From: Candidatus Udaeobacter sp.
Lineage (GTDB): Bacteria > Patescibacteriota > Patescibacteriia > Magasanikbacterales > GWA2-37-8
NCBI GenBank assembly: GCA_035473115.1
Contig: DATION010000006.1
Location: forward strand, 521-64,520
Length of the DNA: 64,000 nucleotides
Direction: 5' to 3'
Shown: piece after piece, positions 1-9,467 of the stretch
Position numbering within the stretch: position 1 is the stretch's first letter
Layout of the letters: every line of letters begins with the position of its first letter
The notes under the pieces: generated by a model
Databases searched by the model: none
What the model saw: the letters and a program-made list of their open reading frames with translations, nothing else
What the model was told of the DNA's origin: nothing
Position numbers and translations under genes: made by a program

Positions 1-11
1 GTCAAACACGC

Positions 12-578
12 TTGCATGATGTCGTCCACAATACTGGTCATGCCGGTTTGCGCGTGGCTCCGGCAACTCCGGATTTGGCCGGAGCAAATGTGGAGTTAGT
101 AAATGTAGAAGGCCGTGAAAGTAAATTAGCCGAAATTTTATCCGAAGTGGCCCATGCTTATGATTATGTTATTATTGATTGCCCACCGTCTTTAGGAATT
201 TTGACCCTCAATGGTTTAATTGCCGCTGACTATATTTTAATTCCCGTACAGGCTGAGTATTATGCCTTAGAAGGTTTGGGTCAGTTATTAAAAACAATTG
301 AACTGGTAAAATCAAATTTAAAACCAAACTTAAAAGTTTTGGGTGCAGTGCTGACAATGTTTGATTCACGCAATAGTTTATCCGAAGAAGTAATGAATGA
401 ATTATATAAATTTTTCCCAGACAATATTTTTCGTTCGGTAATTCCGCGCACTGTTCGTTTGGCCGAAGCACCAAGTTTTGGCCAGAGTATTTTTCATTAT
501 GATCCAAGCGGCAAAGGTTCAAAAGCTTATGAAAGATTGGGGAGAGAATTTTTAGATAGATTTGAAGCAAGTAATTAA
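12..578 (+). CDS. parA: ParA/Soj family ATPase (5' partial; true start lies upstream of window)
   Basis: YDYVIIDCPPSLG, PVQAEYYALEGL, IPRTVRLAEAPSFG motifs; Walker A not in window; directly upstream of parB. Confidence 0.95.
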   Translation: MHDVVHNTGHAGLRVAPATPDLAGANVELVNVEGRESKLAEILSEVAHAYDYVIIDCPPSLGILTLNGLIAADYILIPVQAEYYALEGLGQLLKTIELVKSNLKPNLKVLGAVLTMFDSRNSLSEEVMNELYKFFPDNIFRSVIPRTVRLAEAPSFGQSIFHYDPSGKGSKAYERLGREFLDRFEASN

Positions 579-589
579 TTAATTTTTTT

Positions 590-1435
590 ATGGCATTAGG
601 CAGAGGATTAAATGCTTTGATTTCCGGCGGAACAAAGCAGTCGCAAAATACAACTAATCATTCTTCCGGGCAAGATAATGTTTGGTATATTCCGGTTACT
701 TCAATTTCACCAAACACTCATCAGCCGCGGCAAAATTTCAGTGGTCCTGAATTAGAAGATTTGGCTGCTTCCATAAAAGAGCATGGAATTTTACAGCCGC
801 TTTTAGTTACCGAAAAAGCGGATGGCGGTTATGAGTTGATTGCCGGAGAAAGACGCTGGCGAGCTTCGCAAATGGTAGGCTTGGCAACAGTGCCGGTTTT
901 AATCAAAAAATTTGCCGATCAGCAAAAATTAGAGGTAGCTTTAATTGAAAATATTCAAAGAGAGAATTTAAATCCGATTGAAGAAGCTTTTGCTTACCAA
1001 AGATTAATGCAGGAATTTAATTTGACTCAGCAAGATGTGGCAGAAAAAGTCGGCAAAAGCCGTCCGGCTGTGGCCAATACTGTTCGTCTATTAAGTCTGC
1101 CGGAAGAAGTCAAAACCGCTTTGGTGGATAAAAGAATAAATATGAGCCAAGCCAGAGCCTTGCTCAGCCTAGATGACCAGAAGCAGCAATTAGATATGTT
1201 GTCTTCAATGCTTGGCCAGCGGATAACTGTTCGAGAATTAGAACGTGAAGTTGGCAGACAGAATCCGCAAAAAAGTCATCGCGATCCAAATCTGGCTTAT
1301 TTAGAAGATCAGTTACGAACTGCTCTGGGCACAAAAGTGGCTATTACCCAAAAAGGGAAAAGAGGCACAATAATAATTGATTATTACTCTCAGGAGGAGC
1401 TAGCAAAAATTATCAAAAAAATAATCCCGAATTAA
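590..1435 (+). CDS. parB: ParB/Spo0J chromosome partitioning protein
   Basis: MALGRGLNAL N-terminus, GILQPLLV, IAGERRWRA, ENIQRENLNPIEEA, HTH region. Confidence 0.97.
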   Translation: MALGRGLNALISGGTKQSQNTTNHSSGQDNVWYIPVTSISPNTHQPRQNFSGPELEDLAASIKEHGILQPLLVTEKADGGYELIAGERRWRASQMVGLATVPVLIKKFADQQKLEVALIENIQRENLNPIEEAFAYQRLMQEFNLTQQDVAEKVGKSRPAVANTVRLLSLPEEVKTALVDKRINMSQARALLSLDDQKQQLDMLSSMLGQRITVRELEREVGRQNPQKSHRDPNLAYLEDQLRTALGTKVAITQKGKRGTIIIDYYSQEELAKIIKKIIPN

Positions 1436-1448
1436 CGGGATTATTTTT
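1417..1448. terminator. Bidirectional intrinsic terminator between convergent parB and relA/spoT
   Basis: aaaataatcccg / cgggattatttt inverted repeat with A/T tails. Confidence 0.75.
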
Positions 1449-2932
1449 TATAAACTAGTTTTTGCCCAAGTTTTTCTCATTTTTAGTCTTTCTTTGATAT
1501 GCGATTTGGCTACATGAGTTTTGACATATTTTAACCAGTCCGGGCTGGGGCTTTTGCGGTTTTTGTCTCTTAAAATTTCTACCACATCACCGCTTTTGAG
1601 TGGCATATCCAAACTTACTAATTGATCGTTAATTTTTGCGCCAATGCATTGATTGCCGAGATCTGTATGAATATTGTAGGCAAAATCAACCGGCGTAGCA
1701 TCTTCTGGAAGATCGATCACATCACCTTGCGGAGTAAAGACAAAAATATGATTTTTAAAAAAATCAATTTTTAGTTCGTTTAGGTCTGATAGTTTTTCTA
1801 AAACATTTTTTTGAATACTGGCCAATTCTTTTGCCCAAATAATATCTTTGGCCGGCAAACGGGAGCCGCGTTCGTCATAGTGCCAATGAGCGGCAATACC
1901 ATACTCAGCTTCATTGTGCATAGTTTTGTCGCGAATTTGAAATTCAACAATCTGTCCATCCACGCAAAAAACAGTGGTATGCAGAGATTTATACCCATTT
2001 GGTTTTGGCTGGGAAATATAATCTTTAATCCCACCTTTGAGTGGCCGCCATAATTTATGGATTATGCCCAGCGCGGCATAGCAATCGGATAGATCTTCAA
2101 CAATAATTCTAATAGCCACCACATCGTGGATTTTATCAGTATTATCCCAGCCGCCTTTGCGAACAATTTTTTGGTATAAGCTGTAGAGAGCTTTTTCTCG
2201 GCCATGGACATTTAATACTTTAATATCAGATTTTTTTAATTCTTTGCTCACCAAACTCATGACGTTTTTCAGATAGGCTTGGCGTTGCGAAACCAAAGTA
2301 TTGCGCAGAGCATTAGTTTTTTCGTATTCTTTGGGGTAAATGTAGGGGAAAGACAAATCTTCCAAAAGACTTTTAAATTCACCGATACCGAGGCGGTTGG
2401 CAATGGGTGCGTAAATTTCCAAACTTTCCAAAGCAATACGGTAGCGTTTTTTTGGTGGTAAAACATCTATGGTCGATAGATTATGCACGCGATCAGCAAA
2501 TTTAATAATCATAACGCGGATGTCTTCAGCCATAGCCACAAACATTTTGCGCAGATTTTCGATATATCTTTCTACACCGCGGTATTTAAGTTTGCCCAGT
2601 TTGGTAATGCCTTTTATTATCGAAGCAATATCGGGACCAAAATTTTTTTCTATTTCTTCGATAGTAATATTTGTATCTTCCGGCACATCGTGCAATAGTG
2701 CGGCCACGATAATATTTGGGTCAATTCGCATATGCGCCAAAATCATCGCCGTGGCAACGGGGTGGATAATATATGGCTCGCCTGATTTGCGGGTTTGACC
2801 AGTGTGAGCTTTGTCAGCAAATTCGTAAGCCAACTGCACCATGTCAATATCTTTCTTACGATAATACTTTCTGATTTCCGCCATCAGGTCATTGATGTTT
2901 GGTTTTTCCGGAATTATATTTTGGTAGGGCAT
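1448..2932 (-). CDS. RelA/SpoT family (p)ppGpp synthetase/hydrolase (HD + synthetase + TGS, no ACT domain)
   Basis: RKSGEPYIIHP, LLHDVPEDT, KDYISQPKPNGYKSLHT, EFQIR, TGS motif FTPQGD..LP..ATPVDFAY; ATG 2932 preferred to the ORF-track start 2968. Confidence 0.93.
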   Translation of the reverse strand: MPYQNIIPEKPNINDLMAEIRKYYRKKDIDMVQLAYEFADKAHTGQTRKSGEPYIIHPVATAMILAHMRIDPNIIVAALLHDVPEDTNITIEEIEKNFGPDIASIIKGITKLGKLKYRGVERYIENLRKMFVAMAEDIRVMIIKFADRVHNLSTIDVLPPKKRYRIALESLEIYAPIANRLGIGEFKSLLEDLSFPYIYPKEYEKTNALRNTLVSQRQAYLKNVMSLVSKELKKSDIKVLNVHGREKALYSLYQKIVRKGGWDNTDKIHDVVAIRIIVEDLSDCYAALGIIHKLWRPLKGGIKDYISQPKPNGYKSLHTTVFCVDGQIVEFQIRDKTMHNEAEYGIAAHWHYDERGSRLPAKDIIWAKELASIQKNVLEKLSDLNELKIDFFKNHIFVFTPQGDVIDLPEDATPVDFAYNIHTDLGNQCIGAKINDQLVSLDMPLKSGDVVEILRDKNRKSPSPDWLKYVKTHVAKSHIKERLKMRKTWAKTSL

Positions 2933-3020
2933 ATGTTTGATTTTAACCCATTTGTTTGGTTTAGGCAAACAAAAAAATAAAAACAGACCGGTAAGTCCGG
3001 CCTGTTTTTTATCTTATTTT

Positions 3021-5486
3021 TTACATGAGTGTTACGCTGGCCACTTTGTCTCCTTCTTCTTTAAAGCGCATTAGGCGTACTCCTTGAGTGGCTCGGCCAG
3101 AGGAATTTATAGAACCAAATGGCAGGCGGATAACCTGGCCTTTAGCAGACATAATCAGCAGATCTTTTTCTTTGGCTTCAACTGCATCAACTACTTTGGC
3201 AAAAGTTAAGTTGCCGGTTTTAGCGGTAATCTCGGCGGTCTTAATGCCGCTGCCGCCGCGTCCTTGGACTTTATATTCATCCAGTTCGGTGCGTTTGCCG
3301 ACGCCGTTTTCGCCGACTGTTAAAAATGCTAAGCTTTTATTTTTTGGATCCACTATATCCATGCCAATAACTTCGTCGCCGCTCTTTAGGCGCATGCCAC
3401 GGACGCCGCTGGCTGTGCGTCCCATTTCGCGGACGTCTTTTTCTTTGAAGCGAATAGCTTGGCCTTGTTTAGTGGCAATCATAATTTCGTCTGTGCCGGC
3501 GCTAGGCTTTACCCATTCCAAATTATCGTCTGGTTTTAATTTTATGGCGATAAGTCCGCTACGGCGTACATTGGCAAAATCTTCCAAAGCAGTTTTTTTG
3601 ATATTGCCTTTGGTGGTAGTCATTACCAGGTGCTTAATACTAGAAAGATCATTCATTCCCAGTAGCGCAGTAACTTTTTCATTGGGAGCCAGCTGCAAGA
3701 AGTTTACCAAAGCTTGGCCTTTGGCAGTGCGTGAGCCTTGCGGGATATCGTAAGCCATAAGCTGGAAGACACGGCCACGATTGGTAAAGAAGAGGATATT
3801 GTCGTGAGTGTTGGTGGCAACCAAATTTTGCACGCTTTCTTCTTCTTTGGTAGTAACGCCAATTACGCCTTTGCCGCCGCGGGATTGCTGGTGGAAAGTG
3901 TCTGGTGGCAGGCGTTTAATATAGCCATCGGAAGTAACCATAATGATGGTTGCTTCGTTAGGGATAAGATCTTCGGTGGTAAATTCTTTAATGCCGCCAG
4001 CTATAATTTGGGTGCGTCTATCCTGGCCATATTTAGCTTTTATGGCTACGGTTTCGTCGGCGATGATTTTCATTATTTTACTTTTGGAGGCCAAAATAGA
4101 TTCCAGTTCTTTAATTAAAGCTTTTTTCTCTTTTAATTCGTCTTCTATTTTTTGACGTTCCAAGTTGGCCAACTGCTGCAGCTTCATTTCCAAAATAGCT
4201 ACGGCTTGTCTGTCGGTAAATTTAAATTTAGACATCAAGTTAGCTTTGGCTTCATCTTTGTCTTTGGAAGCGCGGATAGTTTTGATGATTAAATCAATTT
4301 TATCAAGCGCCATACTTAAGCCTTCCAAAATATGGGCGCGTTCTTTGGCTTTATTTAAATCAAACTCAGTGCGGCGGCGGATAATTACTTGGCGGTGTTT
4401 AATGAATTCTTCCAAAACGTTTTTTATGGTAAGAACGCGCGGCTGAATGCCATCCACCAAAGCCAGCATGTTAACGTGGAAAGTAGTTTGCAATTCGGTC
4501 ATTTGGAAAAGTTTGTTTAGAACTTTTTTTGGGTAAGCATCTTTTTTGAGGTCAATAACTACGCGTACGCCGTCTTTGTTGGATTCATCGCGTAAATCTT
4601 TGATGCCTTCAATTTTTTTCTCTTGCACCAAGTCAGCAATTTTTTCCAAAAGAGTCGCTTTATTTATGCTGTAAGGAACTTCGGTAATGACAATTTTAAA
4701 TTGATCGGATTTGCCTTCTTGGATTTCGGCTTTTGCGCGCATCACGATTCCGCCTTTACCGGTGGAGTAAGCGGCTAAAATATCTTTTTTATTATAAATA
4801 ATGCCGCCAGTAGGGAAGTCCGGGCCTTTAATTATTTCTGCTAAATCTTCAACACTTGTCTCCGGTTCTTCGATAAGTTTGGTTAAGCCATCGCAAAGTT
4901 CACTAAGATTGTGCGGAGGAATTGAGGTGGCCATACCAACCGCAATACCCACAGTGCCGTTGAGGAGTAAGTTGGGGATTTTGGCCGGCAAAACCGTAGG
5001 CTCTTCATGCGCGCCGTCGTAGTTGGGAACAAAGTTAACTGTATCTTTTTCAATATCAAAAAGCAGCTCCTCGGCCACGGCTGACAGTTTTGCTTCGGTA
5101 TAACGCATAGCCGCCGCATTGTCGCCATCCATCGAACCAAAGTTTCCTTGGCCGTGAACCAAAGGATAGCGCATGGAGAAATCTTGTGCCATACGCACCA
5201 TAGCATCGTATATAGAAGCATCACCGTGCGGATGATATTTGGCCATCACCTCACCGACCACATTGGCGGATTTGCGGAATTTGGCTGTGTGGCGCAGTCC
5301 GATACTCCACATCGCATAAAGCACGCGACGATGTACCGGTTTAAGACCATCCCGGACATCTGGTAAAGCACGAGAGACAATTACGCTCATGGCGTATTCC
5401 AAATATGATTTTTGCATTTCGTCTACCAGTGATGCCGGGGTGATTAACCCGACTTCTTGTTTTGGCATTTCTAGTTTTTCTTGCAT
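3021..5486 (-). CDS. gyrA: DNA gyrase subunit A
   Basis: [29 protein letters not shown] catalytic Tyr, GyrA box QSRGGKG, pinwheel repeats. Confidence 0.98.
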   Translation of the reverse strand: MQEKLEMPKQEVGLITPASLVDEMQKSYLEYAMSVIVSRALPDVRDGLKPVHRRVLYAMWSIGLRHTAKFRKSANVVGEVMAKYHPHGDASIYDAMVRMAQDFSMRYPLVHGQGNFGSMDGDNAAAMRYTEAKLSAVAEELLFDIEKDTVNFVPNYDGAHEEPTVLPAKIPNLLLNGTVGIAVGMATSIPPHNLSELCDGLTKLIEEPETSVEDLAEIIKGPDFPTGGIIYNKKDILAAYSTGKGGIVMRAKAEIQEGKSDQFKIVITEVPYSINKATLLEKIADLVQEKKIEGIKDLRDESNKDGVRVVIDLKKDAYPKKVLNKLFQMTELQTTFHVNMLALVDGIQPRVLTIKNVLEEFIKHRQVIIRRRTEFDLNKAKERAHILEGLSMALDKIDLIIKTIRASKDKDEAKANLMSKFKFTDRQAVAILEMKLQQLANLERQKIEDELKEKKALIKELESILASKSKIMKIIADETVAIKAKYGQDRRTQIIAGGIKEFTTEDLIPNEATIIMVTSDGYIKRLPPDTFHQQSRGGKGVIGVTTKEEESVQNLVATNTHDNILFFTNRGRVFQLMAYDIPQGSRTAKGQALVNFLQLAPNEKVTALLGMNDLSSIKHLVMTTTKGNIKKTALEDFANVRRSGLIAIKLKPDDNLEWVKPSAGTDEIMIATKQGQAIRFKEKDVREMGRTASGVRGMRLKSGDEVIGMDIVDPKNKSLAFLTVGENGVGKRTELDEYKVQGRGGSGIKTAEITAKTGNLTFAKVVDAVEAKEKDLLIMSAKGQVIRLPFGSINSSGRATQGVRLMRFKEEGDKVASVTLM

Positions 5487-5529
5487 ATGGCTATGAAATA
5501 TCTAAATATTGATTGGTTATTTATTTTTT

Positions 5530-5606
5530 TGTCATCCTGAACGCAGTGAAGGATCTCTGTCTTAATTGCTGAACGAGAGGGATTCTTCGCTTTGCTCAGA
5601 ATGACA
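5530..5606 (-). repeat. TGTC-ended palindromic REP-like repeat, copy 1 (upstream of gyrA)
   Basis: tgtcatcctgaacgcagtgaaggatct...gattcttcgctttgctcagaatgaca; terminal inverted repeat and internal GAAG/CTTC arms shared with 6838 and 60448. Confidence 0.8.
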
Positions 5607-5607
5607 A

Positions 5608-5970
5608 TTATTTTGTCGTGGTGTTTGTTGAAAAGCTGGAGGATGTTGGAGTGGTGGTCGTGGAAATAACTATCGTCGAAGTTGTGCTTGATTCGGAATT
5701 AATTTGAGCAATAATTGTGTTCAGCATGTTTTTAATCTGCAGTTTTGTCTGTTCTGTTTTTATTTTTGATTTTTCATCATTAAATAATGTTTCCCAATCA
5801 TTCTGGCTGTTTTTGATAAGTTTGTTCTCTGGAGTTTTTGACCATTTAAATGAGGAAAGGCTGATGCTGGTGGCCCAAGCCCAGAGAACTAGTATGATAC
5901 TGCCGGTAACCCCCACACCAATCCAAAGCCACATTCTTGCTTTTGGATTTTCTTGGTATGCCTTAGGCAT
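5608..5970 (-). CDS. Hypothetical single-pass membrane protein with Ser/Thr-rich tail
   Basis: One TM segment (WLWIGVGVTGSIILVLWAW); 120-aa ORF co-oriented with neighbours. Confidence 0.75.
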   Translation of the reverse strand: MPKAYQENPKARMWLWIGVGVTGSIILVLWAWATSISLSSFKWSKTPENKLIKNSQNDWETLFNDEKSKIKTEQTKLQIKNMLNTIIAQINSESSTTSTIVISTTTTPTSSSFSTNTTTK

Positions 5971-5974
5971 AAAA

Positions 5975-6589
5975 TTATTCTTTTTCTAAAACAATTAGTT
6001 TGGTTTCTTCTTGCGGCAAATCTTTTTTCTTAATGATTACTTTCTTTTCTCCAGTTTCCGGTTTTAAGCCCATCTCTTTGATGAAAGCGGCGATTGGCGC
6101 GGCGTCTGGGTCGGTATCGCACTTATAGGCCATTGGGATTATGACGCGCGGTTCTAGTTCTGTGGCCAAAGCGGCTGCGTCTTTAGCGCTTAAGTAATTT
6201 GGTCCGCCACCAACTGGAATAAAAAGAATATCCGGAGTAAGGATTTTTTCCATTTCCGAATTTTCTAATGGTTTTTTTAGTCTGCCCAAAAAGACTAGGT
6301 TCAAACTTTCGCCGTTTAGTTTGTAAATTACGCTTCCTTCTGAGTTTGGCATAGCGTAAATCATGACATTTTTTACTTCTACTTCGCCCAAAGAGTCCAA
6401 AACAAAAGGATCTTGAGAAAGCGTGGCGGCATTTTCTTGTCCGGCGGAAAACAAGGCTATATCCGGGCTAAAACTACGCGGAAATTCGCCAGTTTTTGGT
6501 TTGTAGCCGTCTAAAATAATGGTAACGTCTTTATCTAAATTTTTGGTTTGCAGTTTGATGCAGGTCTGTCCCAGCCAGCTGATATGCAT
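5975..6589 (-). CDS. Metallo-beta-lactamase-fold (Lactamase_B_3-like) protein with degenerate metal site
   Basis: MHISWLGQTCIKL start, GEVEVKNV, DILFIPVGGG, LEPRVIIPM; HxHxDH missing. Confidence 0.8.
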   Translation of the reverse strand: MHISWLGQTCIKLQTKNLDKDVTIILDGYKPKTGEFPRSFSPDIALFSAGQENAATLSQDPFVLDSLGEVEVKNVMIYAMPNSEGSVIYKLNGESLNLVFLGRLKKPLENSEMEKILTPDILFIPVGGGPNYLSAKDAAALATELEPRVIIPMAYKCDTDPDAAPIAAFIKEMGLKPETGEKKVIIKKKDLPQEETKLIVLEKE

Positions 6590-6837
6590 AAAGTTAAAGG
6601 TTATTTTTAATGAAATCACCGCCTAATTTAGGGGTGAAATACTGCTTGAAATATAAGAATATTTTATCAGTTTATTTAGAATAGCGCAAGAGGAAAATTA
6701 GATAAAAAGTTGCTGTCCGATCAGATATAAGTTGAATAAGTTTGCTTAGAGATTAATATTGACAAACCGCCCTAAATCAGTCATTATACTCCCATAAGAA
6801 CCGAGAAATCGGGGATTTTGCGTTTTTACGCAACAAT

Positions 6838-6938
6838 TGTCATTCCGAATCCCCGTAGTGGATGAGGAATCTATACCTTAAATGAATAGATCCCTCGTCA
6901 CCCGTCCTTCGCGAAGAGCGGGTTCGCTCGGGATGACA
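6838..6938 (+). repeat. TGTC-ended palindromic REP-like repeat, copy 2 (5' of uvrB)
   Basis: tgtcattccgaatcc...tgaggaatctat...atagatccctcgtc...ctcgggatgaca; same backbone as the reverse complement of 60448-60533. Confidence 0.85.
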
Positions 6939-6950
6939 AAATAAAAGTAT

Positions 6951-8843
6951 ATGTCATTATTTAAACTTCACTCAAAATTCAAGCCTGCTGGCGATCAGCC
7001 TCAGGCAATAGAAAAGCTGGTTAATGGCCTCAAAAAAGGTGATCATTATCAGACCTTACTTGGTGTTACCGGTTCAGGTAAGACTTTTTCGGTTGCCAAT
7101 ATTATTACCCAGTTCAATAAGCCGGTTTTGGTAATGGCGCCAAATAAAGCTTTGGCCGCGCAATTATATCGTGAATACAAAAATTTCTTTCCGGAAAATT
7201 CCGTAAATTATTTTGTGTCTTATTATGATTACTACCAGCCCGAAGCTTACATGCCAACCAGTGATACCTATATAGAAAAGGAATCGATGATCAATGAAGA
7301 GATAGATCGTTTGCGTCATCAGGCCACGAGCGCTTTGATGTCACGTAAAGATGTAATTATTGTGGCTTCGGTTTCTTGTATTTATAACTTGGGCGTACCG
7401 GCAAATTATTTTGAATCAGCTCTGCATTTATCTGTCGGCCAGCCAATTGTCCGTGGTGATTTGATGCGCCAACTGGTAAAAATTCAGTTTGCTCGAACTC
7501 CAGGCGCGCTGGAAAGAGGTAAATTCCGTTTGCGCGGAGATATGTTTGAAATTATGCCGGCTTCGGAAAAAATAGCTTACCGGATAGAAATTAAAGATCA
7601 AAAAATTTTTGAAATAAATGTGATTGATGTTTTGACCAGAACCGTAAAAGAAAAATTAAATGAAGCGATTATTTTTCCGGTTAAGCATTTTATTTCTTCC
7701 GAACCGCAAATGAAAGAAGCTTTGAAAGAAATAAAACAAGAATTAAAAGAACGTCTGGCTTATTTTAAGAAAAAAGAATTATATTTGGAAGCCGAAAGAC
7801 TGGAGCGCCGCACCAAATATGATTTGGAAATGTTAAAGACTCTGGGGTTTTGTCATGGCATCGAAAATTACTCTCGGCACTTGGCTGGCAAATTGGCCGG
7901 AGAAGCGCCTGATACTTTGTTGTCTTATTTTCCATGGAAAGATGGCCCCAACGGGACAAGCAAGCCGGATTTTTTGACTATTATGGATGAGTCGCATATT
8001 GGTTTACCGCAAGTGCGCGGTATGTATGCGGGTGATCAAAGCCGCAAACAAATTTTGTCTCAATATGGCTGGCGCTTGCCTTCGGCTCTAGATAATAGGC
8101 CGTTGCGGTTTGATGAATTTGAACAGCGAGTTGGCCAGGTGATTTTTACTTCGGCCACTCCCGGAGATTTTGAGATGACTCATTCGTCTACCATTGCTGA
8201 GCAGGTCATTCGCCCTACTGGACTAATTGATCCGCCGATTGAGGTACGGCCGGTGTTTGATAAAAAAACTAACAAAGGCCAAGTGGATAATCTGATGAAA
8301 GAGATTGATAAAGTGGTGAAAAATAACGAAAGAGCGATTGTGAATGTGTTGACCAAAAAAATGGCTGAAGAATTAAATGAATTTTTATTGCAGAAAAATT
8401 ACCAAGTAAATTATCTGCATTCAGATATTAAAACTTTGCAGCGCACCGAGATTTTAACTGATTTTCGGCGCGGTAAATTTAATGTTTTAATTGGCGTTAA
8501 TTTATTGCGTGAAGGTTTGGATCTGCCGGAAGTTACTTTTGTAGCCATTATGGATGCGGATCGAGAAGGATTTTTGCGCAGTGAAGAATCACTGATGCAG
8601 ACTATGGGTCGCGCGGCGCGTAATGTGCAGGGCAAAGTTGTTTTGTACGCTGATACAATTACCGGTTCCATGAAACGAGCTATGGCTGAAGTTGAGCGCC
8701 GGAGAGCCAAGCAGTTGGCTTATAATAAAGAGCATGGCATAACTCCGCAAACCACGCATAAAGCGATTGAAGAATTTTTGGATATTCCTGAGCCTGAAGA
8801 TAAAAAAGAGGTTAAAAATAAAAGACCAAAAAGAAATAAATAA
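6951..8843 (+). CDS. uvrB: Excinuclease ABC subunit B (lacks C-terminal UVR domain)
   Basis: PAGDQPQAI, GVTGSGKT, FVSYYDYYQPEAY beta-hairpin, DESH, SATPG, INLLREGLD-like motif, GRAARN. Confidence 0.97.
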   Translation: MSLFKLHSKFKPAGDQPQAIEKLVNGLKKGDHYQTLLGVTGSGKTFSVANIITQFNKPVLVMAPNKALAAQLYREYKNFFPENSVNYFVSYYDYYQPEAYMPTSDTYIEKESMINEEIDRLRHQATSALMSRKDVIIVASVSCIYNLGVPANYFESALHLSVGQPIVRGDLMRQLVKIQFARTPGALERGKFRLRGDMFEIMPASEKIAYRIEIKDQKIFEINVIDVLTRTVKEKLNEAIIFPVKHFISSEPQMKEALKEIKQELKERLAYFKKKELYLEAERLERRTKYDLEMLKTLGFCHGIENYSRHLAGKLAGEAPDTLLSYFPWKDGPNGTSKPDFLTIMDESHIGLPQVRGMYAGDQSRKQILSQYGWRLPSALDNRPLRFDEFEQRVGQVIFTSATPGDFEMTHSSTIAEQVIRPTGLIDPPIEVRPVFDKKTNKGQVDNLMKEIDKVVKNNERAIVNVLTKKMAEELNEFLLQKNYQVNYLHSDIKTLQRTEILTDFRRGKFNVLIGVNLLREGLDLPEVTFVAIMDADREGFLRSEESLMQTMGRAARNVQGKVVLYADTITGSMKRAMAEVERRRAKQLAYNKEHGITPQTTHKAIEEFLDIPEPEDKKEVKNKRPKRNK

Positions 8844-8860
8844 TAATTAATTTGTTCTTT

Positions 8861-8892
8861 AAAAAAACAATACGCTGTCTGGGTAGACAGCG
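8861..8892 (-). terminator. Terminator of receiver-domain cassette
   Basis: Minus strand cgctgtct-accc-agacagcg followed by tattgttttttt. Confidence 0.75.
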
Positions 8893-8958
8893 AGGTCCGT
8901 TTGAGCGCCTGTGGGCGCTGGAGGTGGAACCTTTGCCAAAAGAGCTGTGTTTTGAGAT

Positions 8959-9366
8959 TTAGTATACACCAATGGGCGGTAGACCGAGCAATTCAAGCAA
9001 TATGTCAGGCAGAGTATCCTTTCTGGACTCGTGACTGCATCCCGCTTTTCTCAAGGCCCTGTTTGATTCCGGCAGGATAGATACAGCGATAATTATCCCG
9101 CCGAATCCACTCTGTCGTATCTCTCGCACGAGAGGTGGGGTATTGGCTGGGCCTGAACCCAGCGTGCCGTCCATTACGATTGCTGCCCAGTCGGAATGTG
9201 CTCGGAATGTAGTTCTGGCTTCATCCAAGGTGAATGCGGAGAACAACCTTAGTTTGGCTCCTAACTCTCCGTGCCAGCCGATCTGGATATGCTTATCATC
9301 CTCAACCAAGAGGACTTTAGGAAGGTTCACTTCATCCTCAGTCAGGAGGATTTTAGACAGTGTCAT
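8959..9366 (-). CDS. Stand-alone CheY-like receiver-domain protein (orphan cassette)
   Basis: KVLLVEDD, IVMDG (phospho-acceptor Asp), IIAVS, conserved K; AGGAG SD; own promoter and terminator. Confidence 0.8.
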   Translation of the reverse strand: MTLSKILLTEDEVNLPKVLLVEDDKHIQIGWHGELGAKLRLFSAFTLDEARTTFRAHSDWAAIVMDGTLGSGPANTPPLVREIRQSGFGGIIIAVSILPESNRALRKAGCSHESRKDTLPDILLELLGLPPIGVY

Positions 9367-9394
9367 GTTTTAACTCCTGAAAAGGTTGGTATTT

Positions 9395-9423
9395 AAACTA
9401 GCGTATAAAATCTTTAAAGTCAA
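9395..9423 (-). promoter_or_regulatory. Sigma70-type promoter of receiver cassette
   Basis: TTGACT-17nt-TAGTTT on minus strand. Confidence 0.55.
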
Positions 9424-9467
9424 TGCTAAATATAGAAAAAATAATATATAAATTAAGTATTAGGTAT

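Noticed and set aside
3088-5366. Long antisense ORFs over gyrA (and similar ones over uvrA, tsf, gap, valS)
   Set aside because: Antisense shadows of conserved genes with no motifs or expression signals
6759-6815. uvrB promoter / SOS box
   Set aside because: TTGACA is present but the best -10 (TATACT) is 20 nt away; no recognisable LexA box
1-6950. parS site or replication origin near parAB/gyrA
   Set aside because: No TGTTTCACGTGAAACA-like palindrome or DnaA-box cluster recognised
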